Shown: piece by piece, positions 1 to 12,235 of the stretch | Layout of the letters: every line of letters begins with the position of its first letter | Numbering within the stretch: position 1 is the stretch's first letter | From: Utricularia gibba | Lineage: Eukaryota > Plantae > Magnoliophyta | Direction of reading: 5' to 3' | DNA: 64,000 nt | Assembly (NCBI GenBank): GCA_002189035.1 | Contig: NEEC01000009.1 | Coordinates: 1,736,001 to 1,800,000, forward strand | Notes under the pieces: generated by a model | Seen by the model: only the letters and a program-made list of their open reading frames with translations | The model's database searches: none | Told to the model about the DNA's origin: nothing | Made by a program: the position numbers and the translations under genes

Positions 1-460
1 TGCAGTTCTCCCCGGCAGCCGCCCGGCGATCAACGACCATCTGGTGAAGTTTTCGTTCGTAAACCCGAGAACTAACTTCGTACACAGAATTCGCTTATGA
101 AAAAAAAGATAGGTTTGTTTCTCCTCCTACCTGTTGCCTAGAAGCTTGTGGAGGCGGAGGAGAAGATCGACTTCGTCTTCTGTGAAGCAACTCCGGTTTA
201 TATCTGGGCGAAGGTAATTCAGCCATCTCAACCTGCAGCTTTTCCGGCATCTATTCAGTCCTGTAGCAGCAAGTTTTGTTTATTATTTTCTGGAACATTA
301 AACAAAAGAAAAACCAAGTACTGAGTAGAAGGTAGGTACCAGCTCTGAGTGGAACTAAGTGCCACTTTCCTTCACCATGGATCTCGATGCATTTCCTTAA
401 GAGGGCATCTTCCTCCTTGGTCCATGCTCCTTTCCTTAATCCTCGTACCTCTTTCGCCAT
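1..460 (-). CDS. R2R3-MYB transcription factor, anthocyanin-activator (subgroup 6, AN2/PAP1/MYBA-like); 5' part only
   Basis: Exons 460-340, 260-131 (130 bp, the canonical MYB exon 2 size) and 40-<1, with GT-AG introns. They splice to [18 protein letters not shown]...[30 protein letters not shown]...[26 protein letters not shown], which includes the bHLH-binding [D/E]Lx2[R/K]x3Lx6Lx3R motif. The subgroup-6 C-terminal motif lies outside the window. Confidence 0.9.
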
Positions 461-2001
461 GTTTTCTTATCGTTGGCTCTGTAAAAACAAGTAGAAGTAG
501 AGCAGAAATGTGTTGCTTTTTGATGGCTTCTCTTTCAAATTTCAGCAACTTGTTGAAATTGTAACAAGCAATTACTCCTCCCAACTGCATTTGTGTTTGC
601 AGCATACGTGCGCTTTTGCAAGCCACACACTGATCCTGTGGGGGACCTTCAAATCAATTCTAGAAAGGGATATGGCGTATTATGCCATTTCCATTTTATA
701 GATATTCGTACTGTTTCATTAAAAACACAGCATTCTGTAGCCTCTTTTATCAACATCTTGATCTTTTGGAAAATTGGAACAGCTCGAGAGAAAGCTCTTC
801 TTCTGGTTTGATGGAGTGTATGAGAATGGGCAACCCTTCACCACGGTTCATCGGCAAGACCCTGCACAAGGATTCATCTTTTCCGATTCCTCAAAGATGA
901 TCACCAGTCAGTCACTTGACCACCAGCCCAACTCAATTTCCTTGAAAATGAAAGTCGAATCGGGATGCAGGTCAATGCCTTGGACTGTTCCCAAGCGCTG
1001 ATCCGAGTTGGTGTGGGTCCAGTGGCAAGCAGGCAGGCTATTGAATGATGCATCTGGTAGGATGGGCCGGCGGCAGCAGCAATCCGCCTGCCTGTTGCAA
1101 CGGAGAAACGTGGCAAGGGGGATTCGGTGGGCACGCCGGTGGATCACCATGTGACCTTGCGGCCCAAAACCCTTATCGGGATCAACGCCCATGCGTACTT
1201 CGCATTTTACAGTTCCGCACATCAAACCCCAGGGAAGTTCATCGGGGCTCTGGTGCTGGTGCAATTCGACCAATTAGAACGTATCAAACCCCATGGAGAC
1301 GTCAAGGATCGAGAATTTCGTCTCATGGAACAAAGGGTAAATTGAGACGTATCTTGCAATTGCAATTCGACCGATTAGAGTATATCGGAAAGCATAAACT
1401 GCGGAATCACTTCTCAAGGTGTTAGGGATTACGTGCTCCTCAAATTTTGGGGATGAGGAGAGGAGCGGTTTATGATTCTCAAGGAGCAATTATGGTGTGT
1501 GTTTTGAGGCAAAAAGACAACTCTTTTTCCACAGGCATTGTCCAGAGTGTTGAGCATACAACCAAAGATGCATTGCTGTACAGAGGGGCATTCAGTTCCA
1601 CATAAACACTCCTCCTCGTCTTTTTTCGTTTTAGTTTTTGTCTGATGTAGAAACCGCTTATCGGCTAAAAAGCTGCCTCTTTTGTCTCCACTTCCGAATA
1701 TGCAGGTGTGTATGCGTGTGTGTTTATATATTAACATATTTTAATTTTTTTCCTGTTTGATGCGTTTCTATTGTATTTTATTTGGTTACTCATTTCCCGG
1801 GAACTGTTTATTTACTGTTTAAGCGCGCTGTTTTGATTAGTTTCATCTTCCCGGGATTTAGCAGCTTGACTTTGGGATACTTGCTGTTCTTTCCCATGTA
1901 AAATTTGAATCTGCTTTTAACTTCAAGAGTTCCTCTTTTAAGATGATTGTTCTTTTTTATGGTTATGCATGGCTGCGAAGTGTCTTTGTATTTTGAATCT
2001 A

Positions 2002-3093
2002 ATGTCTCCACCAACTTTGGGTTTAGGGAGCCATACTGAGTGCACTGGGTTGAAAAAACGCAATTATTCTGGAGTATGAGATTGTTCATCAGTGGACAGC
2101 TCTGTTGTGCTCGAAAGAAACGTTGGAAGTTTAAATCTTAAGGCCATGGAACTAAGACTTGGTCTTCCTGGATCTCGGTCTCCAGCACATGGTTATGATG
2201 AGGGGTTTCTTCCCATACTCTCTTGTAGCAATGGGATCTCTCCCCCTTGTTACATAAGTCGGTTGTTTGCGGGAACTAGAGAAGCTCTTCCTGGGGAAGC
2301 TGGATCTTTAGCATTACAGATTCTGATTCTGGACAACCCAATTTAGCTGGTAGTTTATTTCCAAATGCTGACTCGGAAGTTTATGCCAAAATCATCCCTG
2401 GAATGCAGCAACAACTAAATTGGTGGAGTACCTCCTGGTAGCTGGTTGACTGAGTTAAGTCACAGTCTGATGCATTCTCTGTAACAGGACGCAGCTTTTT
2501 GGCTGGCCTCCCGTTCAGTTGCGTCGAAAAAGTAACCTTGTAATGAATTTCGAGTGGAAAGATGAAGTTGAATGTAAACCAGGTGGGGTGCTATTTATGT
2601 TGAGGTCAGTTTGGACGGTGCTGCACATCTCCGGAAACTAGACCTCAGGAAGGACCACACATATTCAGACCTCTCCTCTGCCCCAGAGAAGATGTTCAAC
2701 TGCTTCATCTCCACTGCATTTCGACCTCCATAAAAGCCGATTACCAACTTTAGGATTTTCTTCAATACGGCAGTGCATTCCTCATAAGCAGAATCTTACC
2801 TGCATAAGCTGTATTTCTCTATCTGTTCCAATGGGCGTTGCTTCTGACAGAATGGTCACTGGATCCTCCAATAGGCCAAAAGTTATAAAGCCATGTGATG
2901 CCATTGGATTCGGTAGTATTCACAAGAATGCTTCGTTTACACATGGCTCCTGGAATCCTTAATTTTTTTTGCCTGCAACAGGGATCCGTTTACTGGGACT
3001 GTGGAGAGGGTGAAGAATATCAAGCAGACAAAGGAGGAGTGTGCTTCATACATATTCTACGAAATGCATCCGAATCCATTCTTCAGCAAGTAA
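2002..3093 (+). pseudogene. Degenerate Aux/IAA gene of the IAA8/IAA9 type
   Basis: ATG at 2002 reads MSPPTLGLG...LKKRNYSGV*DCSSVDSS, matching IAA8/9 RNYLGLSDCSSVDSS but with TGA at 2077-2079. Domain I is LNLKAMELRLGLPGSRSP. Domain II TQLFGWPPV follows a phase-2 acceptor (GWPP at 2501-2512). Domain III IYVEVSLDGAAHLRKLDL...YSDLSSAPEKMFNCF is out of frame with domain II. A domain IV-like remnant lies at about 2846-2869 and a weak last exon at about 2980-3093. The 3' limit is approximate. Confidence 0.8.
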
Positions 3094-4349
3094 TGATTTG
3101 TTGGTTGTGCCCTGCCATCAAATGCCAAGGTGGAACCTTTATTTCAGGGGCCTGATCCCTTGGACCCGCCGGCAGTTTCTAAATTCCTATTAATGTTAGA
3201 ACCCAAGAAAACTCTGCACAGATTGGTAGTATTAAGCGGCTATTTCCTTCCATTTTTACTTCAGTTCTGTTCCTTACTCTATAATTAAGGTGTCATCCTG
3301 ACATTGGTTTTTAGGAGGCTGTTTGATGACAACTGAAGAAGAATCTTGCAGACACTCATCTGTCCAATCTTTTGTGATAAAATGTGATCTTTTATGAAGA
3401 GAAGAGCGTTTCAGAGCCCTGATCATTGTTTCCAAACAGAACACAAGTTGTGGGATGGGGGAGCTCATGCTTGTGGTGGGAACACAAGCGATGTGTAAAC
3501 TTGTGAAACAACAATAAGCTGCATGGGATATCAAATCAAGGTCCCATCTGTTAGTTATCCAGCTGAAAACCTCAGGCCGTTCACGTGCAGTGTGTTCTGG
3601 GGAATTCAAATTTCATCCCATGTCACTAAAAGTTCACCGCGTAGTAAAGAACCTTTGAAGCCCGGAACAAAGCGGTCCTTTTGCTGGTATGAATTTGGAA
3701 AAGTGATCCAAGAAGCATTTGATTGTGTGGTCATTGCAGAGCATATTCATGTGCTGCTTGTAGCGAATTCCATGGGACCAGAGAGGGAGAGTGCTCCAGA
3801 AAATTATGGGTTTTGGTGATTTCAATGTGTTAAACATCGTCAACGAAATGCAGGGGTGGGGGCTTGGAGTGGGGGCCGATCCTGGTTGCCATTTTTGAGC
3901 ATTGTAGAGGGTTTTGGATGGAGGTGGCGGTTGACTGGCGCCACTGCGGCCTGCCGGTGGGGTCTTCGTTATAAGCCCAAGAAATTCCAGCCCTGGGAGC
4001 TGGCCCCCTTGCATCCCCGCGCCCACACTCTGTTTTTATTACACCCCCCACTGTCTTTCTCCTTGAGGCGAAGGGAAAACACCAACATAAAAGATTCCCG
4101 AGTCTGGTAATTAATGCTATTTAAGGTTTCGCTTCTGGAAAGAAAGGAGGGGTTGTGTGTAGTGATGCTGTGATTTTCACATTTGGATGATGTTTGGTTT
4201 GGGGGGCTTTTGCAGTGTGTGATTCTGCTGCAGCAGAAAGGGAAATATGCAAATGGATTGAAGTTCTTTTTGGTTGTTTCTTCTTTGTTTTTGTTTTTCC
4301 CTTCATCTTCATCGTCATCGTCATCCCAATTCAGGGCATTGGATCAGCG

Positions 4350-6330
4350 ATGGTTTTGGGCTGGAGAAGAGCTTTTTGTACGTCAGCCTCCGATGGGGAT
4401 GATCGAGATTCACAGCTTCCGAATGATCCCTGCATCAGGATACCCTCCAGATTTGGTGGGTTTTTCTCCAACCCGTCGTCTCCACGGCTGAGGGATTCGC
4501 CATCGGAGAGCCCAAATCTGGAACGTAGAACTGGGTTTTTTCACCGATCGGCGCCGTCTTCTCCCCGGTCCCCCTCCGCCTTTTCTCTGCTGAAATCGGG
4601 CCTGGGTTTATCAGGGGTACACAAAATCTGCACTTTTTTAGTTTGCTTTTGGATGGTGGATGATTTGATATCGGGATATCGTCTCATGATTTGGTAATCA
4701 TGGTGTTTCTGCGCAGAGTAGGTGCGGCATATGTCTCCACAGTGTGAAATCAGGTCAAGGCACCGCCATATTCACGGCGGAGTGCGGCCACACCTTTCAC
4801 TTTCCGTGCATTTCGGGTCACGCGAAGGAGCAGAGATGCCCTCTGTGCGGTTTCATTTGGAAGGATTTGCATCTTCTGAGCTGCGAGAGGAAGAAGAGAT
4901 GTGCGTTGAAGGTTTACGATGATGATGAGCCGCTGGGTTCTCCCACGGCATCGGCCGTGAGGTTCAATCCAATTCTTGAATCGGAGGAGGAAATCGATGG
5001 GTTATCTCAGGGGAAGTCGAGTCGGAATGTGATTGAAATTGGGTTGTTATCGGAAGCGGCGGTGGTGTCCGTGGGGAAGACCACCGAGACTTGCGGCATC
5101 TTACTGAAACTCAAAGCTCCGGCGGCGTCGCCGAGGAGGGTTCCCGTGGATTTGGTGGCGGTACTGAATGTCTGCGCCGCGACTGTCTCCCCCCAAGACA
5201 TTCAATTCATGAAACGGGTTCTCAGAAAGGTCGTCTCCTCTCTCTCCGCCGGCGACCGTTTCTCAATCGTGGCCTTCTCCACTGCATCCAAACGGCTGCT
5301 TCCCCTCCGCCGTATGACCACCGCCGGCCGGAGGCATGCGCGTCGGATACTCGACGCGGTCGTATCAATAGACGGCACAGGCAGCACAAGTACCGACTCG
5401 CTGAAAAAGGCGGCCAAGGTTATCGAGGACCGCCGTGAGAAAAATCCGGCGACTAGCATTCTTCTGTTCTCCCACGGGCACCGAAGCGGGCCGCTTGTGT
5501 CGTCCACTCGCTTCTCCCACCTTGAAATCCCCGTCCATTATGTCAACCTTAGCGCGTGGTGCCCCGATTCGCCGCCGCCGGACCATCGCCTCTTCGCGGA
5601 ACGTGTTTCCGGGTTACTCGGCCAATCTGTTCAAGATCTCCGTCTCCAGCTGAACCTCACCGCAGATTCAGCCCCCGCCGATATCTCCGCAGTCTACTCC
5701 TACACCGGAAAAGCCACGCTTCTCGGATCCGGATCCAGCTGTTTGCGGGTCGGGGACCTCCATTCCGAAGAAGAGAGAGAACTCTTGATCGAATTGAAAA
5801 TCCCGTCATCATTGGGGATGGGCAGCAGCGGCAGCAGGGATCGCGATCGCGATCGCCGCCGTCTACTAGCCGTCAGATGTAGTTACAGAGACCCGTCAAC
5901 GCAGCTCACACTCCACGACAAAGAGCAGTACCTCCCCATCCCCAAGCCACGCGCCGTCGGTTCCTCCTCTCGCGACATCCAGCGACTGAGGTGCCTCTTT
6001 GTCACCACACGCGCCGTCGCTGAGAGCCGCCGACAGGTCGAGCGGAACAACGTTGCTGGTGCTCACAAGATGCTGTCTTCCGCCCGAGCCATTGTGCTGC
6101 AATCTTTGTCCAGCGCCGGCGAGGATTTTGTGCGCGGGTTGGATGCGGAGCTAGCTGAGCTGAACAGCATCAGACGCCGCCGCGGGAGCAGCCCAGCCGA
6201 GGAGAAAGCCGAGCCGCGTACACCTACTTCCGCCTGGGGCGCAGCTGAGCGGCTGGCTAAAGTCGCCATTATGAAGAAGTCGTTGAACAGAGTCGGCGAT
6301 TTGCATGGTTTCGAGAACGCCGGTTTTTAG
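4350..6330 (+). CDS. WAV3/WAVH-like E3 ubiquitin ligase (RING-H2 plus von Willebrand A domain)
   Basis: Exons 4350-4616 (MVLGWRRAFCTS...) and 4717-6330. RING is CGIC...CGHTFHFPC...CPLC, vWA is DLVAVLNV...FSIVAFS, and the C-terminus is PRTPTSAWGAAERLAKVAIMKKSLNRVGDLHGFENAGF. Confidence 0.92.
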
Positions 6331-6639
6331 ACGTATATTTTATTTCATTTAAATAAATAATCAATTTTCATTACCATGGTAATAATATGTACATAATTCT
6401 TTATTTTATTATTATCTTATATATTAAAGCAAAAAAAATTCAAATATCTATTTTCGTGCATTGTGATGTATGAAAATTAGAAACATATAATTTTTTTTAT
6501 TAGTAGAAATATCTAAAATATAAAACATATAAAAATTAGAAATATCTAAAATTCTATCTACACTAAATTCTTTATCTATTAAATAAAAATGAGCAATTTT
6601 TGAAAACAAAAATACAACGATATTTCTAAATTTTCTAAG

Positions 6640-8633
6640 CTAGGGAGTGGGGGCTAGGACGGCTTGCTGACGCCATGCGCCGTTGAGGTCGGACTGCCAC
6701 AACCTCACCGTGCCATCCGCTCCGGCGGTGGCGAGGGTCATTCCACTCACGTCCCATTCCATTTGACAAACCTAAGAAAGAAACTGTCAGGCGTGTGCTC
6801 TGTGCAGCTTGGTTTATGATGTTTCAGTGGTGTTGCGCTTGGGGAATGAAGAAAGATGGGTAAAGAAGGGAGTACCCCGCCCTCATGTCCAGTGAGGATT
6901 GCAACTCTGGATGCCGAAAGGCGCCCCTCAAGGTCAGGATTCACATCGAGATGCCATATGGATGTTCCCTTTGAAGTGGCGACTGCGATGAGTTCGAAGG
7001 GCCTGGAAGGAGGATTCATTGGATTCATTGTGCGTGGTGATGAACAAAGGATTAGAGTTGAGGGTGGTGAATGTAATGACGCACCTTCCTATGTTTGGAG
7101 CCCAAGCGACAGCGTGCACCTGATCAGAATCCCTGTCTTCGGGTGAGGAAAGCTCGGCTACTGGAAGCCATCTTTGGTGATCGAGATCAAACTCCCAGAC
7201 CTGATGATTTTGTGTCAAAATAAAGTTGGGTGCAGGGGTTAAAAAGGTGTTTTTCGGGAAAAGGATGATGGCACCTTGGAAGAATTTAGAGAAGGGATAT
7301 TTGAATTGAAGCCCACAACAAAGCTTGATTGGCGAACATCTCTTCCTTTTGGATTCCATGAGATGGATGCAGAAACGCATGAAGTGTTCCGCAGATTGGA
7401 GATAACGTCACACACATTGTGAAATTCAGCCTGTACATGGGAGAGATAGCCACCGGAGTGTTTAAGGAAAAGACAACAATAATAACGTTTCACAAAGCAA
7501 GCACCTGAAGTTGCCATTTATCAAGCTCAACTACATCTGCTAGCTCATAAATTTTTATCTCTCCATCTGAAAACGCAGTAGCCTGAAATGAAAAATACTT
7601 TGCACATGAGAAAATAATTAGGTTCAAGCAGAACCATCACAACCATGTAGATTTTTTTTAAAAAAACAAGAAACTCTATTTTTCTCTATTTCTACTCAAT
7701 GTCTGACCTCTATGATGAATGTACCTCATTGCTGACCTGCCACAGGTTACTCATGTGCTACAGGGTAAAAAGGTGAGGGTCATTTTAGGAAGATTATTAT
7801 CAGGTAACATCTAAGCTTCTGGATGCTACCCTTCTTTACTTCCAGAATCTACTGAATATGTTCCCTTAAATCATCAGCTCTACAGGCTAATGCTCAGCTT
7901 TCACCACTTTTTTGTACGCATATATGAGAATCACAACTGGTAGAAATCTGGCACACGTTCAACATAAAAATACGTCATTTAAATGACAGCAGCACTAACC
8001 AATTTCAGGGACTTCGGATCATCTCCAAATTGGGCATCAAGAATTCTACCTTTTTTCCCACCAAAGCGATAGCGCATCTCCCATTGATTGATTTCATTGT
8101 CTTGAAAAGAAAGAAATACAAACAAAATAAAACAAAGATACCATATAGTGAATACAGAAAAATTATCATATCGAAGAAGGTGCAAAACACTTTAATCTAG
8201 AACCTTTCGTGATCTCTTCCCACAGTACCAGAGCTCCGTCTTCACCCAAGCAAGCAACTGCATCGCCATACTTGGGTGGAACCCAGACAATCTTGAAAAC
8301 ATTGCTATCCAATGCCTAATACACACCCATTACTAAAATTCCTCAGAACATTAACCACAATTATGAGCAAGCAACCTACGCATGCATCATTCCTTAACTG
8401 AGCCTACTTCCTTTGCTGCAGCCGAGGTAACATAACAAAAGCAGAATTAAATCGGCATATAGATCATTGAATACCTTAAATCTGGAGACAGAAGAGAAAG
8501 CGGAAGAATGTGGATCCGCAGAGTCATATACGACCACCGAGCCATCGTCGAGGCCGGCGGCCAACCGGTGGCCGCTGAAGTTCCAAGCAGTGCAATTGGT
8601 ACCTTTCTCGAGAGTCAGAATCGTCTCCTCCAT
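6640..8633 (-). CDS. SEH1: Nucleoporin SEH1 (WD40 repeat protein)
   Basis: Eight exons splice in frame: MEETILTLEKGTNCTAWNFSGHRLAAG...KIVWVPPKYGDAVAC...QVWEFD...HAVAWAPNIGRPFELIAVAT...MEWDVSGMTLATAGADGTVRLWQSDLNGAW. Stop TAG at 6640-6642. Confidence 0.9.
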
Positions 8634-9617
8634 CGTCACCCTGCAACTGAATAATCGAATGAGAAATTTCAAGGGTTACGAAGTTCAAAATGGACTTGAA
8701 GGCTTAAACCCATTAATCCCAAACAATAAAATCCCGGCCGTTCCCGGCATGCCGTCGAGCCCATCTGTGACGGGCTTAGCCCGTCAGACTGACCCATCCT
8801 TGAGGACTTGAGCTCGTCCAGGACCTTTTCAATGTCACTCCAAGCCCGTGGACACGGCGACGCCCAATGAGACTCGGCACTTTTGGAGCCCGTCTGTTAG
8901 GCCACTGAGTCAGTTTCTAAAGACTGCTGGAGCTACGTTGCACTAAAATGCGTCCGATGTGAGCGTTGACTGAATACGAGATTCATTGATTTCAGAAATA
9001 CGATTTTTAGGGTGCATTAAAAATGCGTTATTTTAAAATATATACATATTATACAAAATCCAAATATAAAAACATATTCAAATAAGAGAGATATTGAATT
9101 AGTGTTCTGAAAAATGTTATTCTAAAATAATTTTAATGGTAAAAGTAATTTTATCAAAATTACTTTTAAAATACTATAAAAATTATTTTTTAAAAAATAA
9201 AGAGTTGATTACTTTTATTTATTATTTTGAGTTTTCTAAAATAATTTTTAAAAGTAAAAATAGATTTCAAAATACTGATTAAAATAATTCAATTTTAAAT
9301 AAAAGAAATATTGATAATGAAAAAGGTGTGAAGACATCCATTCTTCTAGATACTTGTCAATTATGATTAAATATATATACAACCAACTTGCACCCGATGG
9401 GATTTTCCACAAATTGCACCGAGTCGTGCAACGTGGTGCTGGAGCTCGTCTGTTGTAGATGCTGAAAAGTGTCGGACGCGGGGATGTGCGCAGTGCAGCA
9501 CCACTCGTTGCAAAATTTACAGAAAGCAGCAACATAGAGCGGAATGCTACCCGCTTAATTTACACGCAAAAACGAAGTTACAATTCTGTGAACTCCTTTT
9601 CCGAGCAGCTCCTCCGA

Positions 9618-11832
9618 CTACGCTGAGGGAATTCCATCACTTCCCTTGAGAGGATCCTCATCATCGTAATCATCTGAGAACCCATCAATGATCTCCACTT
9701 GGTGCTGGGGGTTCTGATCTGAGTTCCCACTCTTGATACATTTCAGTTCTTCCAAAACTTCTCCCATGGAGGGTCTCAAGTTGCTGTCCGGCTGCAGACA
9801 CCGGAACGCCAATCCGGCGACGAGAGTCACCATTCGTCTTACATGCGGGTTGGTTTCGAACCCAAGATTGGGATCAACCAGCTCCTGCAGAGACTGGCTC
9901 TGGATCTTGGTCACCGCCATGTTGGCCAGATTGATGTCGCTCCTGCTCCTGTTTGTATCAACTGCAGGGAGCGATGAGACGAGCTCGATCAGGATGACCC
10001 CGAAGCTGTATACGTCGCTCTTCTCGGTGAGATGGTAGATTTGGTAGTACTCCGGGTCGACATAGCCAGGGGTCCCCTGAGGAGCAGTGGAGACATGTGT
10101 GACATCAGTAGGGAAGAGCCTCGAGAGCCCAAAGTCTGCAACTTTGACATGGAATTCGTCGTCGAGGAGGATGTTATTGGTTTTAACATCGCGATGAATG
10201 ATGTCTGATCTGTGGAGATAAGCCAGAGCATCGGCGGTCTCGATTGCAATATTGAGGCGGATTGGCCAGGTGAGGGAGCTGGAGTTGGCCCTTTTCCCTA
10301 GGAGGTGATCGGAGACTGTTCCATTGGGTATGAATTCATATACCAGAAGCAACTCCCTGCTTCGCCTTGACGTGCATCCATATAACTTCACCAGATTTTC
10401 GTGTTTCAGACGACTCAAGATCTCGAGCTCATTCAAGAACTGCTCCAGCCGCCGGTAGTTGTTCTCGTACAAACGTTTGATGGCAACGCGGCGTGCATCG
10501 GAGAGAATCCCTGGTTGCAGAAACAGCACAAGTCATTCTAATGTGTCTTCCTTGGTGCACGGCATTAGCAGAAACACTGAGGAGGATTAACAGCATACCG
10601 TAGTAGACAACACCAAAGCCGCCATTGCCAAGTTCTCTAGCACGATCGAAGCCATCAGTAGCTTGTTCAAGCTCGGAGTAACTGAATACCTGCAGACCAA
10701 AGTAGGTGCTCCCGGGGCCGAAATCGGAGGAGCTGTTTGATGAAGTGGTCTTGGAGAATTTGGCTGATGAACCACTGGTGTGGGGATTGGTGGCTTGAGA
10801 ACGGAATGATTGCTTCGCGAGAGAATTCGATAAAATTCGCCGTTTCCGGCGATGGAGACAGTAAAAAATGCACCATCCTAAACCAACACCGGTTAAAATT
10901 CCACCTGCTACGAAGAGTCCTGAATGTAGAAGAAGAAAGAACGATTAAATGATTGGCATCCCATCACGGAGATGATGCAAGAGCACGTACCAACCGGCAT
11001 TCTGTTTGCTCGCTGATTATTCCCAGATCCTGCAAAAACCGATTTCATCATCAGGGTCTGGGAAACAGAAGACGGAGACCGGCTCCGACGACAAGACCGT
11101 ACCTGTGGCCGCCTGACGATAACAAGCGAATGCCGAGGAGGTTTGATTATAGCCACAAACGCCACCAGATTGTGTGCAAGTAGTACAGTTTCCATTCTCC
11201 GCCGTCCACCTGAGGGAAAACCCACTAACCAAAGCATCCCGGAGCAGATTCTCAGATGAGGACTGCATAGAAGACAAGGCCACAAACGCCGTTTGGTTTA
11301 CAAGAACGGTGACATTGCGATTGCAACCCACCGTTAACTCGACAGCCACCGAGTTCGTAGAGTAGAAATTCAAACTATTAGCGTTGCTGCAATTGAACCG
11401 ATTAGGTAAAGCACCAGCCATCAAAGGATTGCAGCTATAGAACAGAGTAATATTCCGGGCCTGCGGCTCAGAGAACTCGAATAGCGTGAAATCAACGTTC
11501 GTAGGGGAAACATTCGCCGGACAGGTGTTGTTCCAGAAATCAGATCTGGCGACAGTCAGGATCCCGTTTTGGTAGTCGATCGCGAGAACTCGGTATAAAG
11601 TTGATGCGATGGTGATACTCGGCGCCCCTTCCTGACAGGAGAGTTCGAATCCCCTGTACCCACAAGCGACTGAGCGTTCGCCGCCCCAAAATGGATAGCG
11701 TAGCTGCTGGCCACACCATTGGACTTGCTGGTTGCAGGTCTGGAAATCGTTCTGGGACACAGTTATGGAGACTTGAGCCAGCAGAAACCCCGTGAGGATC
11801 AAAGGAACCAGACCATGGAGATCCGCCACCAT
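9618..11832 (-). CDS. LRK10L-type receptor-like kinase (GUB_WAK_bind and WAK_assoc ectodomain, TM, RD kinase)
   Basis: Exons 11832-11103, 10919-10599 and 10510-9618. Features include a signal peptide, [33 protein letters not shown], a TM helix followed by [22 protein letters not shown] and [10 protein letters not shown]. Confidence 0.92.
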
Positions 11833-12235
11833 CTTTTCTCGGGTAGTTCCCCTGAAAGAGAAGAAGTGATCCTCCACGAAAGCGCAGGTTTTAAGATGAT
11901 GAAGCCTTGTAGAAAGGGTCCATTTGTTGGAAGCTTCCGATGGGAAACAGACGCCATTGTTGAAAATGGAGGTCACCGAAGGTGTTTGCTCACTGTAGAA
12001 GCCGCCGAGTCAAACTGCATGTTCATAAAATTCAACACACGACCTAATTTAAAACTTTTTTTATTCTTTTTTTAATGCAATACTCTCGTCACCTTTTATT
12101 CTCGAATCTTGTTGGGCTAATGGCCCAATACAGGGCCCAAAGTACTCTGAAGGATGGCCATGCACTATTTCTGAAAGACGAGTATCAGAAGCACAGGGAG
12201 AAGACGATGGCTGCCTGCTTGCCGAGGCGATCAGT

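Noticed and set aside
901-1425. Overlapping 72-126 aa ORFs on both strands as a protein-coding gene or RNase H/LINE fragment
   Set aside because: No recognisable domain. The RNase H-like words (GGAVYDSQG) are too short and interrupted by stops to support a call.
3320-3820. RTQVVGW at 3438-3458 after an AG, suggesting a second Aux/IAA remnant; RPFTCSV suggesting a C2H2/TFIIIA fragment
   Set aside because: The matches are only 6-7 residues long. The PP of GWPP and the zinc-finger Cys/His spacing are absent, and no further domains follow.
4194-4697. 167-aa ORF as a separate gene
   Set aside because: It is WAV3-like exon 1 plus 5'-UTR and intron read-through.
8467-8811. Antisense ORFs over SEH1, WAV3, the kinase, BTB and LOX exons
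   Set aside because: They are shadow ORFs of GC-rich coding exons with no independent motifs.
9000-9350. AT-rich blocks (also about 6340-6630, 25480-26130, 36230-36480, 55200-55790, 60780-61200, 61740-62140) as MITEs
   Set aside because: I could not identify terminal inverted repeats or target-site duplications by eye. They fit ordinary AT-rich intergenic or intronic DNA.
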